The translations under genes and the position numbers were made by a program. A stretch of DNA of 63,647 nucleotides, the filler included, from Sphacelaria rigidula (lineage: Eukaryota): assembly GCA_964200075.2 (NCBI GenBank). It is 6 parts of 6 records of this genome, joined end to end, with 100 filler letters (N's around TTAATTAATTAA, not from the genome) between each part and the next. Parts side by side here need not be neighbours in the genome. Positions count along the whole stretch, not along the records: positions 10,627 to 21,152 come from CAXNAA020006334.1; positions 21,253 to 31,778 come from CAXNAA020006335.1; 4 more parts are not named here. The stretch is one strand, 5' to 3'. The notes under the pieces were generated by a model. That model was not told the origin of the DNA and made no database searches. It saw only the letters and a program-made list of their open reading frames with translations. Shown here piece by piece: positions 12,964 to 25,173 of the stretch (within the stretch, counting starts at the first letter, position 1; every line of letters starts with the position of its first letter).

Positions 12964-14639
12964 ATCGGGCATGATATTGGATGTATTTTGTGATACGGCT
13001 ATACCGCCGAACTACACCGCGTTGTGGCCATACCGCCACAAGTACGGTTGTTTGTCCTTGACAAGGTCTGCTGTCGACCTTCGTCGATGCATGGGGGTGT
13101 TTGGGTGAAGCAAGGTCTATCCTCTCACAAGGGGAAATGTCGGCGTTGTTCATCGTTGGCGGTGTATTCAGTGTAGCGTTTGATAGATATCCGATATTGA
13201 CCCGTTATGGGTCTGTCGCTGGGTGGAGGCTCATGGGAGGGCAAGAAGGTGCATCGGGTAGTGCGAACACAGATCGATGATTGGGTCGGCAGATCGGAGA
13301 GCGTAGCAAATGGCGAAGCACCGTATTATGTGTTTTTTGGGCGTTGCGGGACGGGGGAGTGTGGGTGTGTGTGAGTGTGCGTGTGTGTGGGGGGGGCATC
13401 AGAAGAAAATAATAATGCACTTTACCCTGATGTGAAGACGGTGTTTGGATTTGACTAGCACTGCGGTATATGGTTTGGGATGACTCCTATGAGAAATTTC
13501 CAATAAGAGCCGATAAATGTCCCCTCATAAGAAATATGATATTTAGAGCATGGCTGCTGTAGCGCTGCATGTAAGGTCAAGATATGTATGTTTTATATAA
13601 GTATATATGTACGTATGATGTTGTAGTATAAGCCGCGGGATCGGCAGGAAGGAGGGTGAGGTAATGGGAGATTACACGTGTGCCGAGGAGTTAGTTGCAA
13701 TCAATATAAGTACGAGTACGTGCGGTTTTGCCGGTGTTCACGGTCTACGTAGCGGAAGCGAGAGATAGCCTGGGACCGTGATATTTATTGTTTGTTTGTT
13801 CGTGTGTATGCCGCGTTTTTCGCGGGGTGTAGTGGGGTGTGGAGGGTGGAGGGGTGGGGCAGATAACGAGAGAGAAAACAAGGGTGATACGCCATTGCAC
13901 TGTTGGGCGTCAACTTGTTATTTGTGATGTGCACTGTACGTCCGTTTTGGCTTGAACACGCGTTGCCGAAGAGAATGGAGAAGAGACTGCGGTAGGATGG
14001 GTCTTGGTGGGCGGTGCGGCGGGAAGGGGGAAGAGGGTGCAACAGCGGGACGGATACATGAGGCAGCAGGAGAACCGCGTATGTGCGGTTTGAGGGAGGA
14101 GCGATTATTGACTCGCAGAATAGAACTGCGCTGTTGCAGCATTAGTTACTCGGTGCCAACAACGCTGAAAATAGTGCAAGGCATCGAACATAGTGATGGT
14201 GACGATGGTGACAGATTGCCGTGCGTGTTCTACTTCCAGTGTATGATGTACTGCTTTTGCTGCCAGATGGAGATCGCGGTTTGCTACGGCTAGTGATCGT
14301 ACTGGCAAAGCGTATGCAGTTGATTAGCACGAACAGGTGCTTTATGGTGAACAATAAATGTCATTTCGGGAATATAGTGGTTAGTGGAGTAAGAGGGTGG
14401 TCGTGTGTCTTCGTGTGTGTGCGGGTGACGACGCCTGTTTGTTGGTCAGACAGGATCACAACAAAAAACGGGAACACGCATAGAATGACATAGATGAGAG
14501 GCTTGTTCGTAGTGTCAGCGTCGTGGGGGTGTCGGTGATGTGCGAAGTGGGTCAACGTCTGGATGTGCATGATGGCCATGGTCTGGCTGTGAGTGAAAGT
14601 GGGGGAGCGCTTTGGGTGTGAGTATGGTTGGGTTTGAGA

Positions 14640-16645
14640 GTATGAGTGTGTGCTGACGAGGAAACTACAGCAGAGTATAGTCTGCAATCCATCTACGCGC
14701 GGAAACATTGTAATGAAACTTGCATCTGATTGAGTACTGTCAAGTCCGCAAGATAATAGCATATCAAGGAAACCAGTCTCGGTTACATTTGTGAAGACAC
14801 ATGAAAGTATAATGAGGCAACTTGGTACTTGCGCCGATGAATGCTGGTAATCGGAGTGAAGCGTGTTGGATACGAGGTAGTCAACTCCGGTGACGCTGTC
14901 TTCACGCAACCCGAAGAATCAGCCGATCGCCAATTGTTCCTTCATCATACTATGTTTCGGGCCCGGTCAAGACAGACTCCGAGAGTACACTCCAACACGA
15001 TGATGAGGCGACTCGAGGCTCAATTCACACGTATTGATCGCCGTAGACACGATGGTCTCATGAGCACTAAGATCAGCCATTCTGTCGGCTGAGGGCCAGA
15101 AGCAAGTGTCAGCGCTTTGCCGAGTTTCCGCACCATAAATAACTCGTGTTGTTACCGTCCTCGTTTCGAGCTAAATCCCTATGTGTGTTCGTAGTCTAGA
15201 GTGATAATGGCAGGGTGTTGGCCTCTGGACCGGACCGTGTCGAAATCTCCCGTGGAAACAGCTTGATAGCAAAGAAACAGCAACTCCGCAAACAACGCTA
15301 GAACTCCTTTTTATGCACAAACTCATTTGGGATTTTCATAGCTCAACGGAAAATAGTCCGAACAGAGATATACACATCGTGTATGTTCACCGGCAACGCT
15401 GCACGATCCAGGCGTTAACGTTTCGGGCCATGTTTTGTATTAAATGGGTATATATGACGGGGAGATAGACATGGACACAAAAGTTCGCAATTACTTCACG
15501 ACAGAACAAGTCGGGTTCGTTGAGTACGTCTCCGAATGGCGCAAGAGCTTCTACTTCACCGGGACGAAGTACAGACTCCTTTGTCATGCTTCGAGTGGAA
15601 ACAGCCGCTCATGAAATATTACCCTACGTGGTGCCATTCGACTCGCTTCCGAAGACCTGTTTTCATGAGACCAAGAGTGCCAGCCGATCAAGAGTGCATA
15701 ATAATATGTCGGCTCTTTGCAAGCGTTTTCCCCGTAAAACGATGGCCGGGCGAGGCAGTGTCACCTCATCGAACCTTACTCTTCTGTATGAGAAGATACT
15801 ATTATAGCACACTGACGTTGTCTGGTGCGTGCAGTTCGACTCCGGATCAAAAACAAAAAACACTCGAATCCTACGGCATCACGAACGAGTACGCAAAACC
15901 ATCACGTTTGATCGACTTGTACTGAGGTACGCGATCGTCTTTACCCAGAGTCAAACTGCTCACACCAGAAACCGCCGTGTAATACGTGAGAGGACTGCGT
16001 GCTTAGAGGACCGCACCGGAATTTGAACATCCCTATGGTTAGGGTTAGGGTTAGGGTTAGGGTTAGGGTTAGGGTTAGTGTTATGGTCAGGGGAGTGGTA
16101 CCTGCAGGGACTGGCCCGATTGGTTTTGAAAAACGTTGATCCTGAGGTGTTTTGAACTACGGCGCGGTCCTCTAAGCATGCGGTCCTCTCACGCATTACA
16201 CGCCGAACTGTCCTAGAACCATATCAGATTGCGGAGAAAAAAAATCGGAGACGGAATCACTAGCCTGACCGCCTGTTCACCGGAATTTTTTTTGTCGAAG
16301 GGCCAAAATCTGCGCCTTTCTTGCGTTGATTCGTGCTTCTGGCCTCAAAATACGTGGCCTACACAGCGATGATAACCACTAGTGCAATGTGCTACGTGTT
16401 TTTCTATAGATCGGTGGGGGGTACTTGAGTAAATTTCTTCGTGATTTCTCTTCCCACGAACTAATGTCGAGATAACCCCGCCAACAAAAGTGCACCGGAG
16501 ACCGTCCGACAAACCGGCTGCGATCCCACTTTTGGGCTCGTTCGCAGCAACACACATTTATCTTTGAAACGGCAAACGCAAATACAAACGCCTCTAACGA
16601 AGCGTTCAAGGGCAGGTCGAGTAGAGTATTTGAGGCCGTCGGCAA
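14640..16645 (-). pseudogene. decayed intronless coding-like region of unknown origin
   Basis: ORF segments 14361-14909, 15387-15587 and 15663-15863 share one minus frame, separated by in-frame stops. 16379-16645 joins that frame once the MITE plus one TSD (236 bp) is removed. Confidence 0.3.
15973..16205. mobile_element. 233-bp MITE with 45-bp TIRs, 3-bp TSD (AAC) and internal (TTAGGG)n
   Basis: Left cgccgtgtaatacgtgagaggactgcgtgcttagaggaccgcacc matches the reverse complement of the right end at 40/45. AAC at 15970-15972 and 16206-16208. GGTTAG repeats at ~16037-16078. Confidence 0.9.
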
Positions 16646-17519
16646 CTCAGTGACGTCACTTCACAGACTATGTTGACTGCATGGGCGAACGATGGCCATC
16701 AATGAGATGAGTGGCGTTACGTCACGGGCTGCAATGAGTATGAGCGAGTGATGGCCATAAAAAAACAAAAAAAGCGTGCAGGTGATCGAACGTACCTGCC
16801 CCAGCTCACCTGCCCCCATCTATGGCAGTACATACTTGATACCTAGAAAGTGGAACGACGGTGGTGGCACGACACGATGGTGAGGGGCGAGACACCGGCC
16901 GAGCTGCGTAGAAATGCGATCCAATCTCGTGAAACGTTTTTTGCAAAAAAAATACGTGTCTAGTTCAGCGTCTGGATCAAACCCGGGGTTTAGTTCCATT
17001 TGTACCGGTCATTTAGATTCGATCCTTTTTTGTTTGTGCTAGACAGATCGGGAATTCTGAGTTTTTTTTCGTGATACTGTCATCATGTGCCTCATAACCC
17101 TTCCGTTATCAGCTGTCTGCCCTTTCCCCTACTTGCAGGCGAGTGAAACGCGTCACACACCCAGTGACATGTCCGGATGCCCGGGTATGGACCATACACA
17201 AGACTTCGACTGCCAATACTTCGATATGATTTTTACGCTTTTCAGTACCCCCGCCAGTCTACACGGTCCAATCCGAACGCCCTTCGATAATACCCCGATA
17301 TTCATTCTACCCTAGTTTTCTACCATTTGGTTTTGATCCAAATGCCTGCTCGAATATACTGTATCCGAAAATTTGCTGAAGTTTGATCGGGAATCAGCAC
17401 TAATCATGGGTAGGCAACTCTGACAATATATGTATTTCCTCGACAATATATGTATTTCCTCTACCCAAGTTTGAACATCTTGCGTAAGAACTTCAATACT
17501 AAAGTTAAATTTACAACCA

Positions 17520-17910
17520 AGGCTTTTGGTACATCGGATCAGGCCTCAGATACTCTACCCAACTTTCGAGTAGATTGAGTATGACCTCAAATAATCTACT
17601 CAATTTTTGTTTTGAGTAGATTGAGTATGACCTCAAAACTTCTACTAAAATTTTAAGCAGATTGAGTATGACCTCAAAACTTCTACTTAATTTTTGAGTA
17701 GATTGAGCACGGCCTCAAATACTCTACTCAATTTTTGAGTAGATCGGGTATGACGTCCAACACTCTACTCGAATATCGGGTAAGCACTCTCAGCAATACT
17801 CGAGTAAAGAGTATTCCTCGGGTATGACCTAAATACTTGACTCAATTTGTGAGTAAGTCGAGTACGGCCTCGAATACTCCACTTATTTTTTGGGTAGATT
17901 GAGTACGGCC
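17520..17910. repeat. ~43-bp tandem repeat (gagtagattgagtatgacctcaaaacttctactcaattttt), left part
   Basis: Multiple degenerate tandem units; the array continues at 18549-18700 after an insertion. Confidence 0.85.
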
Positions 17911-18548
17911 CAAGGGTCTGTCGAAAATATATTTCGGGATACGTGGGTCCCAACATCAAAAGTTCGAGTTTTGAGGGAGTGTGGGGGTAGGGGGGGCACC
18001 CAACCTGCTGTCCCCTAGTCTGTTATCGAGGCACTGGCGGATGCGGTCAGCTGCGGTGTACAGGGGTTCTTGGCATGGAGGTCGCTGAGATGACAGACGC
18101 ACCGCCCCTCCAAGCTAATCACCTACAATGATTACATTTGTGGGTTCATGTTCCGTGTCGTGTGCCTCGACTACTCACCGCTACGAATAATCCCGGCAAA
18201 TTTGGCGAGGCGTGAGATAATATTGCCATTTTGACTACAGGCTGTCGCTCCCGTGTGCTCGTGTATTCTACATAGATGCGTGTGAGCGTTGCCGGCATCC
18301 GAGGTCATCGGTACAGAGCGGGCAAGGAGCAGAAGCAAACATACGCACATCGCAAAGCCCGCCAGACTTTGCGGTTTTTGTCAGTGTTTGTTGATCAATT
18401 TCTCTCTACAATTTCAACAAAAAAATCACAAAAAAATCACACACATACAAAAAGTAAAAAATCATGACAATTTTCGAGAATATGCCCTCCGGGAGGGGGG
18501 AGGGGAGGGGGCCTCCGTGTCCGAATTTTTTCTCTCGACAGACCCTTG
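17911..18548. mobile_element. 638-bp non-autonomous DNA transposon, CAAGGG...CCCTTG termini, 7-bp TSD (P-element-like by structure)
   Basis: TIR caagggtctgtcga / tcgacagacccttg. Perfect TACGGCC duplication at 17904-17910 and 18549-18555. Excision restores the satellite unit gagtacggcctcaaatactctactc. Confidence 0.9.
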
Positions 18549-18700
18549 TACGGCCTCAAATACTCTACTCAATATTTGAGTAGATCGAATACGACCTGCA
18601 ATACTCTACTTGAATATTGAGTAAGAACTCCCAGTAATGCTTGAGTATACAGTATCGCTTGGGAATGACCACAATACTCCACTCAAAGGTTGGGTAGATT
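18549..18700. repeat. ~43-bp tandem repeat, right part
   Basis: Continuation of the 17520-17910 array. Confidence 0.75.
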
Positions 18701-18899
18701 AGCCCCTAGACAGCGAGAGTAGGTCATGTGTGGAATCGGCATCAATTTTTAATTTGAAAAAAGTATGCATGGTCCAGGAAGACTACCCTCAACAATGTTT
18801 TCGTGAGATTGAGAATCTACGATACGATTGAGAGTAGGCTTTTTTATGGCTTTCAGCGGGGGGGAGTGTCTGCATCATTAATGGACAAAACGCTTACCT

Positions 18900-20380
18900 C
18901 GCACATTGGTGCAAAATCCTGCCGGCAAACCTAACAGTGTTTCCGTGAAATCGAGCGTTGAAAGTACGATCGAGAGTGAGGTTTCATTCATAACATATCT
19001 CGCTGCGCCGGTTCCGATGATGAGACGAAAAGTTTACATGTGTAGCATGTCGGAACATCCCTGCCACCCGTTGCCTGAATGGAATGGCAGAATAATGTTG
19101 GACAATGTTGCGCGCTGGCCCACAGGCGCGCATTTGTGGAAGATTGCACCGTTCAAGAGGTCTCCAAAGTAATGAGTCGTGCGGTTCGAGTAAAAGATAC
19201 GATATAGCCAGGTTGTGCCCGAATCCATCCGCAATTGCGGTTGATGCCACCATTCGTGTGGACTTGTGGCTCGTGGATATCTTGAAATCACGTTTCTGTT
19301 CAAAAATTTCGCCGCAGCTTCCGTCGTTGTTTTTGAAAGCGCAAGTCATCACGTGTGATATGACTGCTGATATCCCGCCTTTTCGTGCCGAGAAAAGTCG
19401 CAAAACGTGGTGAGACCCTGGATTCTGTTCCATCATCTCACCCTCGATGGCAGCGGATCATAAAAAATTCTCTTGCACGAAGCCAATGGAGCGCCTCCCG
19501 TCCATGAGCTGCAGCAAATCGATTTTGCCAGTGACTCTCGCCAACCGCATCGGATTTCCGAAAATGCACTCGAAATATGAGCCGACGGACCCATCAAGAA
19601 TAGCTCATGACCCATCAACACGGGAAAACAAATACTACCGTATCAACAAATTGGCTGCAAAACACCGGGAGCACTTGGAACTGGCTAACCAAAACAAAAA
19701 CACCATGCTGTGCTGAACAGCAGTCAACGGTACAACGAAGACCGGACGCTGGGTCTCGGTAGGCTCCAAGACCACCGCTACCCCATCCGTGCTCTCCCCC
19801 TTGAGGGACAGTACGTGGCCTACACAAATCGCCGACTCTGCGCAATTTGATGTCACGCCGAGCGTCGACACTTGGAAGAGATGCGTCTTGCAAGTCTTCT
19901 GCATGATGCTGCGAAAATGATTGATCGGGGGCAGCGGCGAAGGGTACGGGTGATCGCAGAGGTTAATGGGGCAGGTTACAGTCGATAAATCGGGCGCTTC
20001 AGTACAGTTGGGCGAATTTCAACAACTTCAAATTAGAAACTGGCGCAAACAGGACGTCCTTTTGTCCCGTGTGGGGATGATGCTTCCAAACGTATCCATT
20101 TACTTGGCACCACGCGAGGACGATACCGACACATTCAACACTAGGCGGGTACTCACGATCGAAAAGACTTGGACCCATCATGCCGAGCAGCTGGGCACTC
20201 TCGACTCCGGCGACATTAGACACGACATCCTCCAAGGCCTTGTCGAGCTCGATCGTGTCCGCGTCGGGGACGTTCGTCTGGTTCGTGGAAAAGGTGCCAG
20301 CGGCAGCGGCGGGAAAGAGACGGTGCGCATCAGGTAGAGGTGCGAGTCAAGAGTAGCGACGCATATGTATGGGTAGCGCA
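18900..20380 (-). pseudogene. decayed intronless coding-like region of unknown origin
   Basis: Chain of minus ORFs: 19999-20235 and 19615-19893 share one frame; 19635-19904 and 18984-19436 share another. Shares the 15-mer tacgtggcctacaca with the 16345-16645 region. Confidence 0.3.
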
Positions 20381-21060
20381 CTCTCTGGCATAATCGTCAT
20401 AATTTGTGATACATACCATATATCTTCTGGTGTGAGCAGGAGTGCCCAAAAACAAACGCAAGGGCCTATGCCGATTTTTTCAATCCTAGGTGTTTTCGGG
20501 AGGGGTGGAAGGGGGGAGGGGGGAGCAGGGGTTACTAAATCCCATATATAAATAAAGAGTAAAACGTATATAAAAGAATAACACTTCGTGTTTATGATGC
20601 TTCAATTCTTTGCATACCTCCGGAGTCAAGGCCGAGTTATATTCATGAGTTTCGGCACTACATTGCACATCACACTTCCACGACAAGAAGACCAGACAGA
20701 CACCCCTATGATCTACAATGCTTCCTCAATCGAGCCTAGCGTATCTATCTGCACCGCCAATTTGCGTCAAATGTTGTGGTGGCAAATAGTACCGACAGTC
20801 ATGGGCGCTACCTCACCCAATTCGCCCTAAAGTGACTGGATATTGAGTGTTTCCTACTGCGAAAAAAAACAATCTTACGACCGCCGGAGGGGGAAAAGGA
20901 GGTAGGTACATGGGGTCTCGGAGGTTTCTTTTTCGGGTACTCTCGGTATGAACCATATATTTCAAGTATGGGGCATCGTCTGAACAGAAACAAGTACACG
21001 ATCCATGTACACGTCTGTGTGTGCGTGTGTGTGTGTGCGTGTTGTCGTCCCATCTATTCT

Positions 21061-21152
21061 GGGCGCCAGTCTACCCCTTTCGGGATATGTGCGCGCATCA
21101 GCCGGGGTCACACAGCAGGAAGGTCAACACAGGAGCTTCTTCATTTAATTTT
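21061..21152 (-). mobile_element. SINE family B, 3' portion truncated by scaffold end
   Basis: gcgcatcagccggggtcacacag...gaaggtcaacacagga also occurs at 56122-56215. Confidence 0.75.
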
Positions 21153-21252
21153 NNNNNNNNNNNNNNNNNNNNNNNNNNNNNNNNNNNNNNNNNNNNTTAA
21201 TTAATTAANNNNNNNNNNNNNNNNNNNNNNNNNNNNNNNNNNNNNNNNNNNN
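21153..21252. other. artificial scaffold-joining linker
   Basis: N44-TTAATTAATTAA-N44. Confidence 0.98.
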
Positions 21253-21513
21253 GGAGCTTTTTTATTTTTTCATTTATTTTACGTTCTCCACCTTCCTTCT
21301 GCGGTGCTTACCTTTATTTTTTATCGCGAGAGGGGTTCAGCAGTCCCTTTCCCTCATCGACCGTTAGGTCGCATTTTGTGTACCCACGGCATCGTCGCTC
21401 TTCACTGTCGGGCATGGTGTGAGAAAAAAACCCACATCACTCCGAGAACTAAACCCACAACCCAACCGTCAGAAGATTTCGAGGTTTTCAACCGAGCCAC
21501 CGGGGCGACCGGC
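21253..21513 (-). mobile_element. tRNA-derived SINE family B (head and body)
   Basis: Minus-strand head gccccggtggctcggttg (A-box-like) ... gggtttagttctcgg (degenerate B box). Homologous head at 57600-57685 and body at 56200-56330. Confidence 0.75.
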
Positions 21514-22610
21514 TCTTATTATTCGAAATCTCGGACATTTTCGGACAGTTTTTTCCTTCTCTCGAAAAATGGGAGATTCTTTTTTTTACCCATGCCAGGT
21601 AATAGATCAATTCAAGACTGACTGAATTTTACTCCGGAAATCTAGCGTCGTATAACTTTTGCAGTTTTTTTCTTTTTTTATTGTTGGAGAAGTCGATAGA
21701 AAGATCCAATTTGATTTTTTAAAAGTCGAAAAAATCCCGAGAAAAAATCCCGTTAGTAACGCCCCCTGCTGGAAAGTTCATGTCATCAATCCCTGGTTGG
21801 TTGTTTTCTCCATAGCAAATACCTCCAGATTTCGTTAGTGGTCGTGGGACTAAACGGTCTGGATAATGGTACCGGACACGTTGGTGCAGCAGAGTAGCAA
21901 CACGTCGCTCAACGGTTGTTGCTGCCGCTATTTGGCAAATTGCTGTTTGCTGCCGTCTCGTCGTGCTTGTTATTAATGTTGTTGACTTAACTTTGTTCAC
22001 GTGAACGTTGTTGACGTTAGGATTGTTGACATTAATGTTGTTATTGACATTACCGTTGTTGTTGACGTTAATGTTGTTATTGACGTTACTGTTATTGTTG
22101 CATGACATCAATGTGGTCGTTGACGTTTTTGGTCGTGTTCTTGACATCAATGGCGTCTTACTTGACTATCCCACACCATGCTATTCTCGGCATCGCAGGG
22201 CATCAGCTACTTCCGGCGACAAGATTACGCTCCTGCTGCAGAAAAGTTCGAGATGGCGTTGAGGGACGCTCGGTGTATCGGCGAGGGCAAACTGGAGGCT
22301 AGGGCTTTGGGTAACGTGGCGACGGTGAGTTGATCAATCGCTGAACTGTAAGAAAGAGCTGTTCCGAAATGATTCATCATCTTCAGTTCCATAGCATTGC
22401 TGGATAACGATGTACTGCATGGTAATTCCCGAAACTTTGAAGTCATTTTTTTTGCCCCCTTCATCGTTCGTTTCGTACGTAAAAGCTCTTGGTTGAAACA
22501 CCAGCAGAACAGCGTAGTGGCGATATCAGTAGATGAAGCAAACTAATTGTTGACTGTCATCCACATGCACGGTGATTAGCACGCTTCACGCCGAAATCTG
22601 GTAACACATA

Positions 22611-22866
22611 GCTCAACCTTCACGCGACTCGCCGAACATATCATGGCCCTTCGCGGTTGGTGATTGATTGCGAGCATGGTCCGGCGAAAACCGTACGGGC
22701 TCCGTCCCAGCGTTGCAGGGATGCGAGGTCAATGATCTTATGACTATGGCATGCAAGATAATGAGTATCCCGCCCGCCTCCTTTACGGTGTTCCGTCTCG
22801 AAAGGGATGCGTGGTCAATGGTCAAACGACGAAGGCAAGCAACAAATGAGAACGCCCCCCCTCCCC
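22611..22866 (+). repeat. repeat family C: two tandem subfamily 3' ends
   Basis: 22611-22780 matches 4067-4222; 22785-22866 matches 52909-52986. Both end atgag...cccc. Confidence 0.75.
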
Positions 22867-24042
22867 TCGTTTTCCCCTCTTCAATGGTTTTAGTTCAAAT
22901 CATGCGGCCACGGCATGATATTTTCGACGATAGTTACCAATCCGCCTCCCCTCACCGTCCCAATACGCGGAAAATACGTTTAATGGCCGCCAGGTAGACT
23001 TCAAGACACATCGCATCCCCGCGGCTATTCGAAGATACAAGACGTGCGTGCAGCTACTGCGACAGCTCAGGGATCAGGTGACGGAGCGAAAGATACTCAA
23101 TTACTTGGTGATGTGTTGCATCGAGGACCAGAGGTGAGGAGACCTTAGTACCATATGTCATCGCTATGAGTCCGTGTGTGTGTTTATGTTTTTGTTCCTA
23201 TGGGGGTTAGGAGATGGGTTTGGTTGGGGTTGGGGGGGGGGGTTCAGCCGTTTGCGGGCTGTTGGTGCTTGTGTGTTGTCTCCGTGGATGCTGTAGCGCC
23301 GGAGCACATGTCAACGATATAGTAATGACGTTGCTCAAAATGCATAGTAATAGTATAAGTGGAGGATGATGGACGGAAGGCTGCCGAACGGTGAGGCGCG
23401 AAAAGGGAACCGGCATGTGTTGAGTTTGATCGATTGCCGCGCATTCATTGGCTACCCAATGTGCGATCCTCCAGTTATTCACCATGTCACCGAAGAACGG
23501 TTCAGGCAGCACACGATCCGAGTACTACTAGCGGAGTCATGACAGCCAGCCCCAGGACTCAAGCCTGAGTCACAAATGTCCCCACAAGATGGTGATAGCC
23601 GGACAAACTTCACTGTTGTGCGCACCTCCTGATCAGTTTCGCTGCGGACTTTTCACCTCCTGCTGAGGTTTTCACCCGCGTCTGATCTTGTACGATACTC
23701 GAGGACACTCGAAAATGCGATGTTGTCAGTAGTTAGCTGAGAGTGGTGACAGGAACACTATGCACGCCCATGCCGTGGTGTGTGCAACAATGATGAGGAA
23801 AACCCTCAAGAATGGTTGAAGGTTAAAGCAACAACGCAATGGAACCCAACCGCAGTGTCCGTGCGGTTAGTTGGTGCTGTTTCTATACGAAAAATACCAA
23901 TAGTCAATAATCATGCAATGTCCTCATACGGTAAAACCGAAGCCGGCACCGTTGTGCGTACGTAAGTAAAGATGCACGACCAACACAGTACCCACGAATA
24001 CATGAATATATATATATATATGTGTGTGTGTCTTTATGTACA

Positions 24043-24215
24043 TCACAATCTGAGCACTATGTCGTGAATAGTTGCAATAGAAGAAAATGTACTCCGTCAA
24101 GTGCCGTATCGCAACTATTGTCGGATCGGCAATAGTTGCGGTAACTCCTGTGCTTTGAACAGTATTTTTTTCCTGTTGGAACTATTGACTATATAATGTC
24201 ATCATCCACGGTGTG
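24043..24215. mobile_element. palindromic MITE (family of 62921-63243)
   Basis: Central dyad gcaactattgtcg / cggcaatagttgc; shares aatagttgcaatagaagaaaa with 62945-62968. Confidence 0.65.
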
Positions 24216-24261
24216 ATTTACAAATAATGCGCCGAAACGCATTTGTTTTGGGGGGGAAGTT

Positions 24262-24517
24262 TGAGGATTCGAATTCCGACGTTCACTTTTTTGTTATTTC
24301 ATGGAAAGTATGTGTTTTTTTTGTCGTTGGAACCGTGGGGGCGTGAGCGGCAAAAAACTTGATTTGGTGAGAGGCGCAAGATGCGGGAGTGCTGAGAGTC
24401 ATGATCCAATTCGCGATATACCAAAACGTGCGGAGTGCACCGGGGGGAGGCATCGATGACTCCCATGAGACCACGGACTCGTCCTGAGGAAGGCGATCGG
24501 TTGAAGAAGGAAAAAAA
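24262..24517 (+). mobile_element. tRNA-derived SINE family A, diverged copy
   Basis: B-box remnant ggattcgaattcc; shares gtcatgatccaat and gagaccacggactc with 33426-33737; A-rich end. Confidence 0.7.
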
Positions 24518-25058
24518 CCTCAAACCCCGACTATCGGTGAAAAGCGCCCAGAGGAAACATACTATGATGATGACAGTGCAACTCCTTGCGTAGAGCAGCC
24601 CCCGGAAACACGCGATTATAACGCGAGTATTGGTAGAGTGTCGCCCCGAAGCACGCCGGACGCTGTATTGATTGCGATGACGGTGTACATATACGGTATC
24701 AGGCGCTCTTTGCGTGTTGGTCGTCGTGCCTTCCATCCCTTGCGGAGTGCAACATGTTCCAATCTTGCCTTGTGCTTCTGTCTATGCTTCCGTCTGCCTT
24801 GGAAAGGTTGGGATTTTGATGCCTTCCCCCCTCGCCTCTCCCGTGAACCAAACATTTCTCCTAGCCACTCACCGCCCATGGTTGTCGACATGCACCCTTG
24901 GTTGGGTAAAATTTCTGTACCGCGGTAGATGGTCGCGTTTTGTTTGTTTTCCTCCACCATTCGTATTTTGTTCCTCTGTAAGTATACGATGTCCTTGCCT
25001 CTGCCTGTTTCCATCTTCTTCCCTCCGCCCGTGCGCGTCGTCTCTGCTTGTTGTTTAG

Positions 25059-25173
25059 ATGGGCGCCCGCGAAGCTGTTCCATGAGCAGCTGTCGTTGCT
25101 AGCCGAAAGTAACGAAAACATCGAGCACCTGAAGAAGCTGTGGGCGAAAATACAGGACGGAATCAATGCTCAG
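25059..25173 (+). CDS. putative internal exon, unknown helical protein (WAPAKLFHEQLSLLAESNENIEHLKKLWAKIQDGINAQ)
   Basis: Long pyrimidine tract and tag acceptor, CAG|gtagga donor, only one open frame, coding-like codon use. Confidence 0.6.

Noticed and set aside
16037..16078. True telomere or chromosome end
   Set aside because: Only about seven units, mid-scaffold, and enclosed by TIRs and a TSD.
17520..18700. CRISPR-like regularly spaced repeats (also 6815-8561)
   Set aside because: Units are contiguous degenerate tandem repeats without unique spacers, there are no cas genes, and the context is eukaryotic.
21061..21513. One SINE apparently continuous across the linker
   Set aside because: Scaffolds are size-sorted and tend to break in high-copy repeats; the overlapping parts differ, so these are probably two separate copies.
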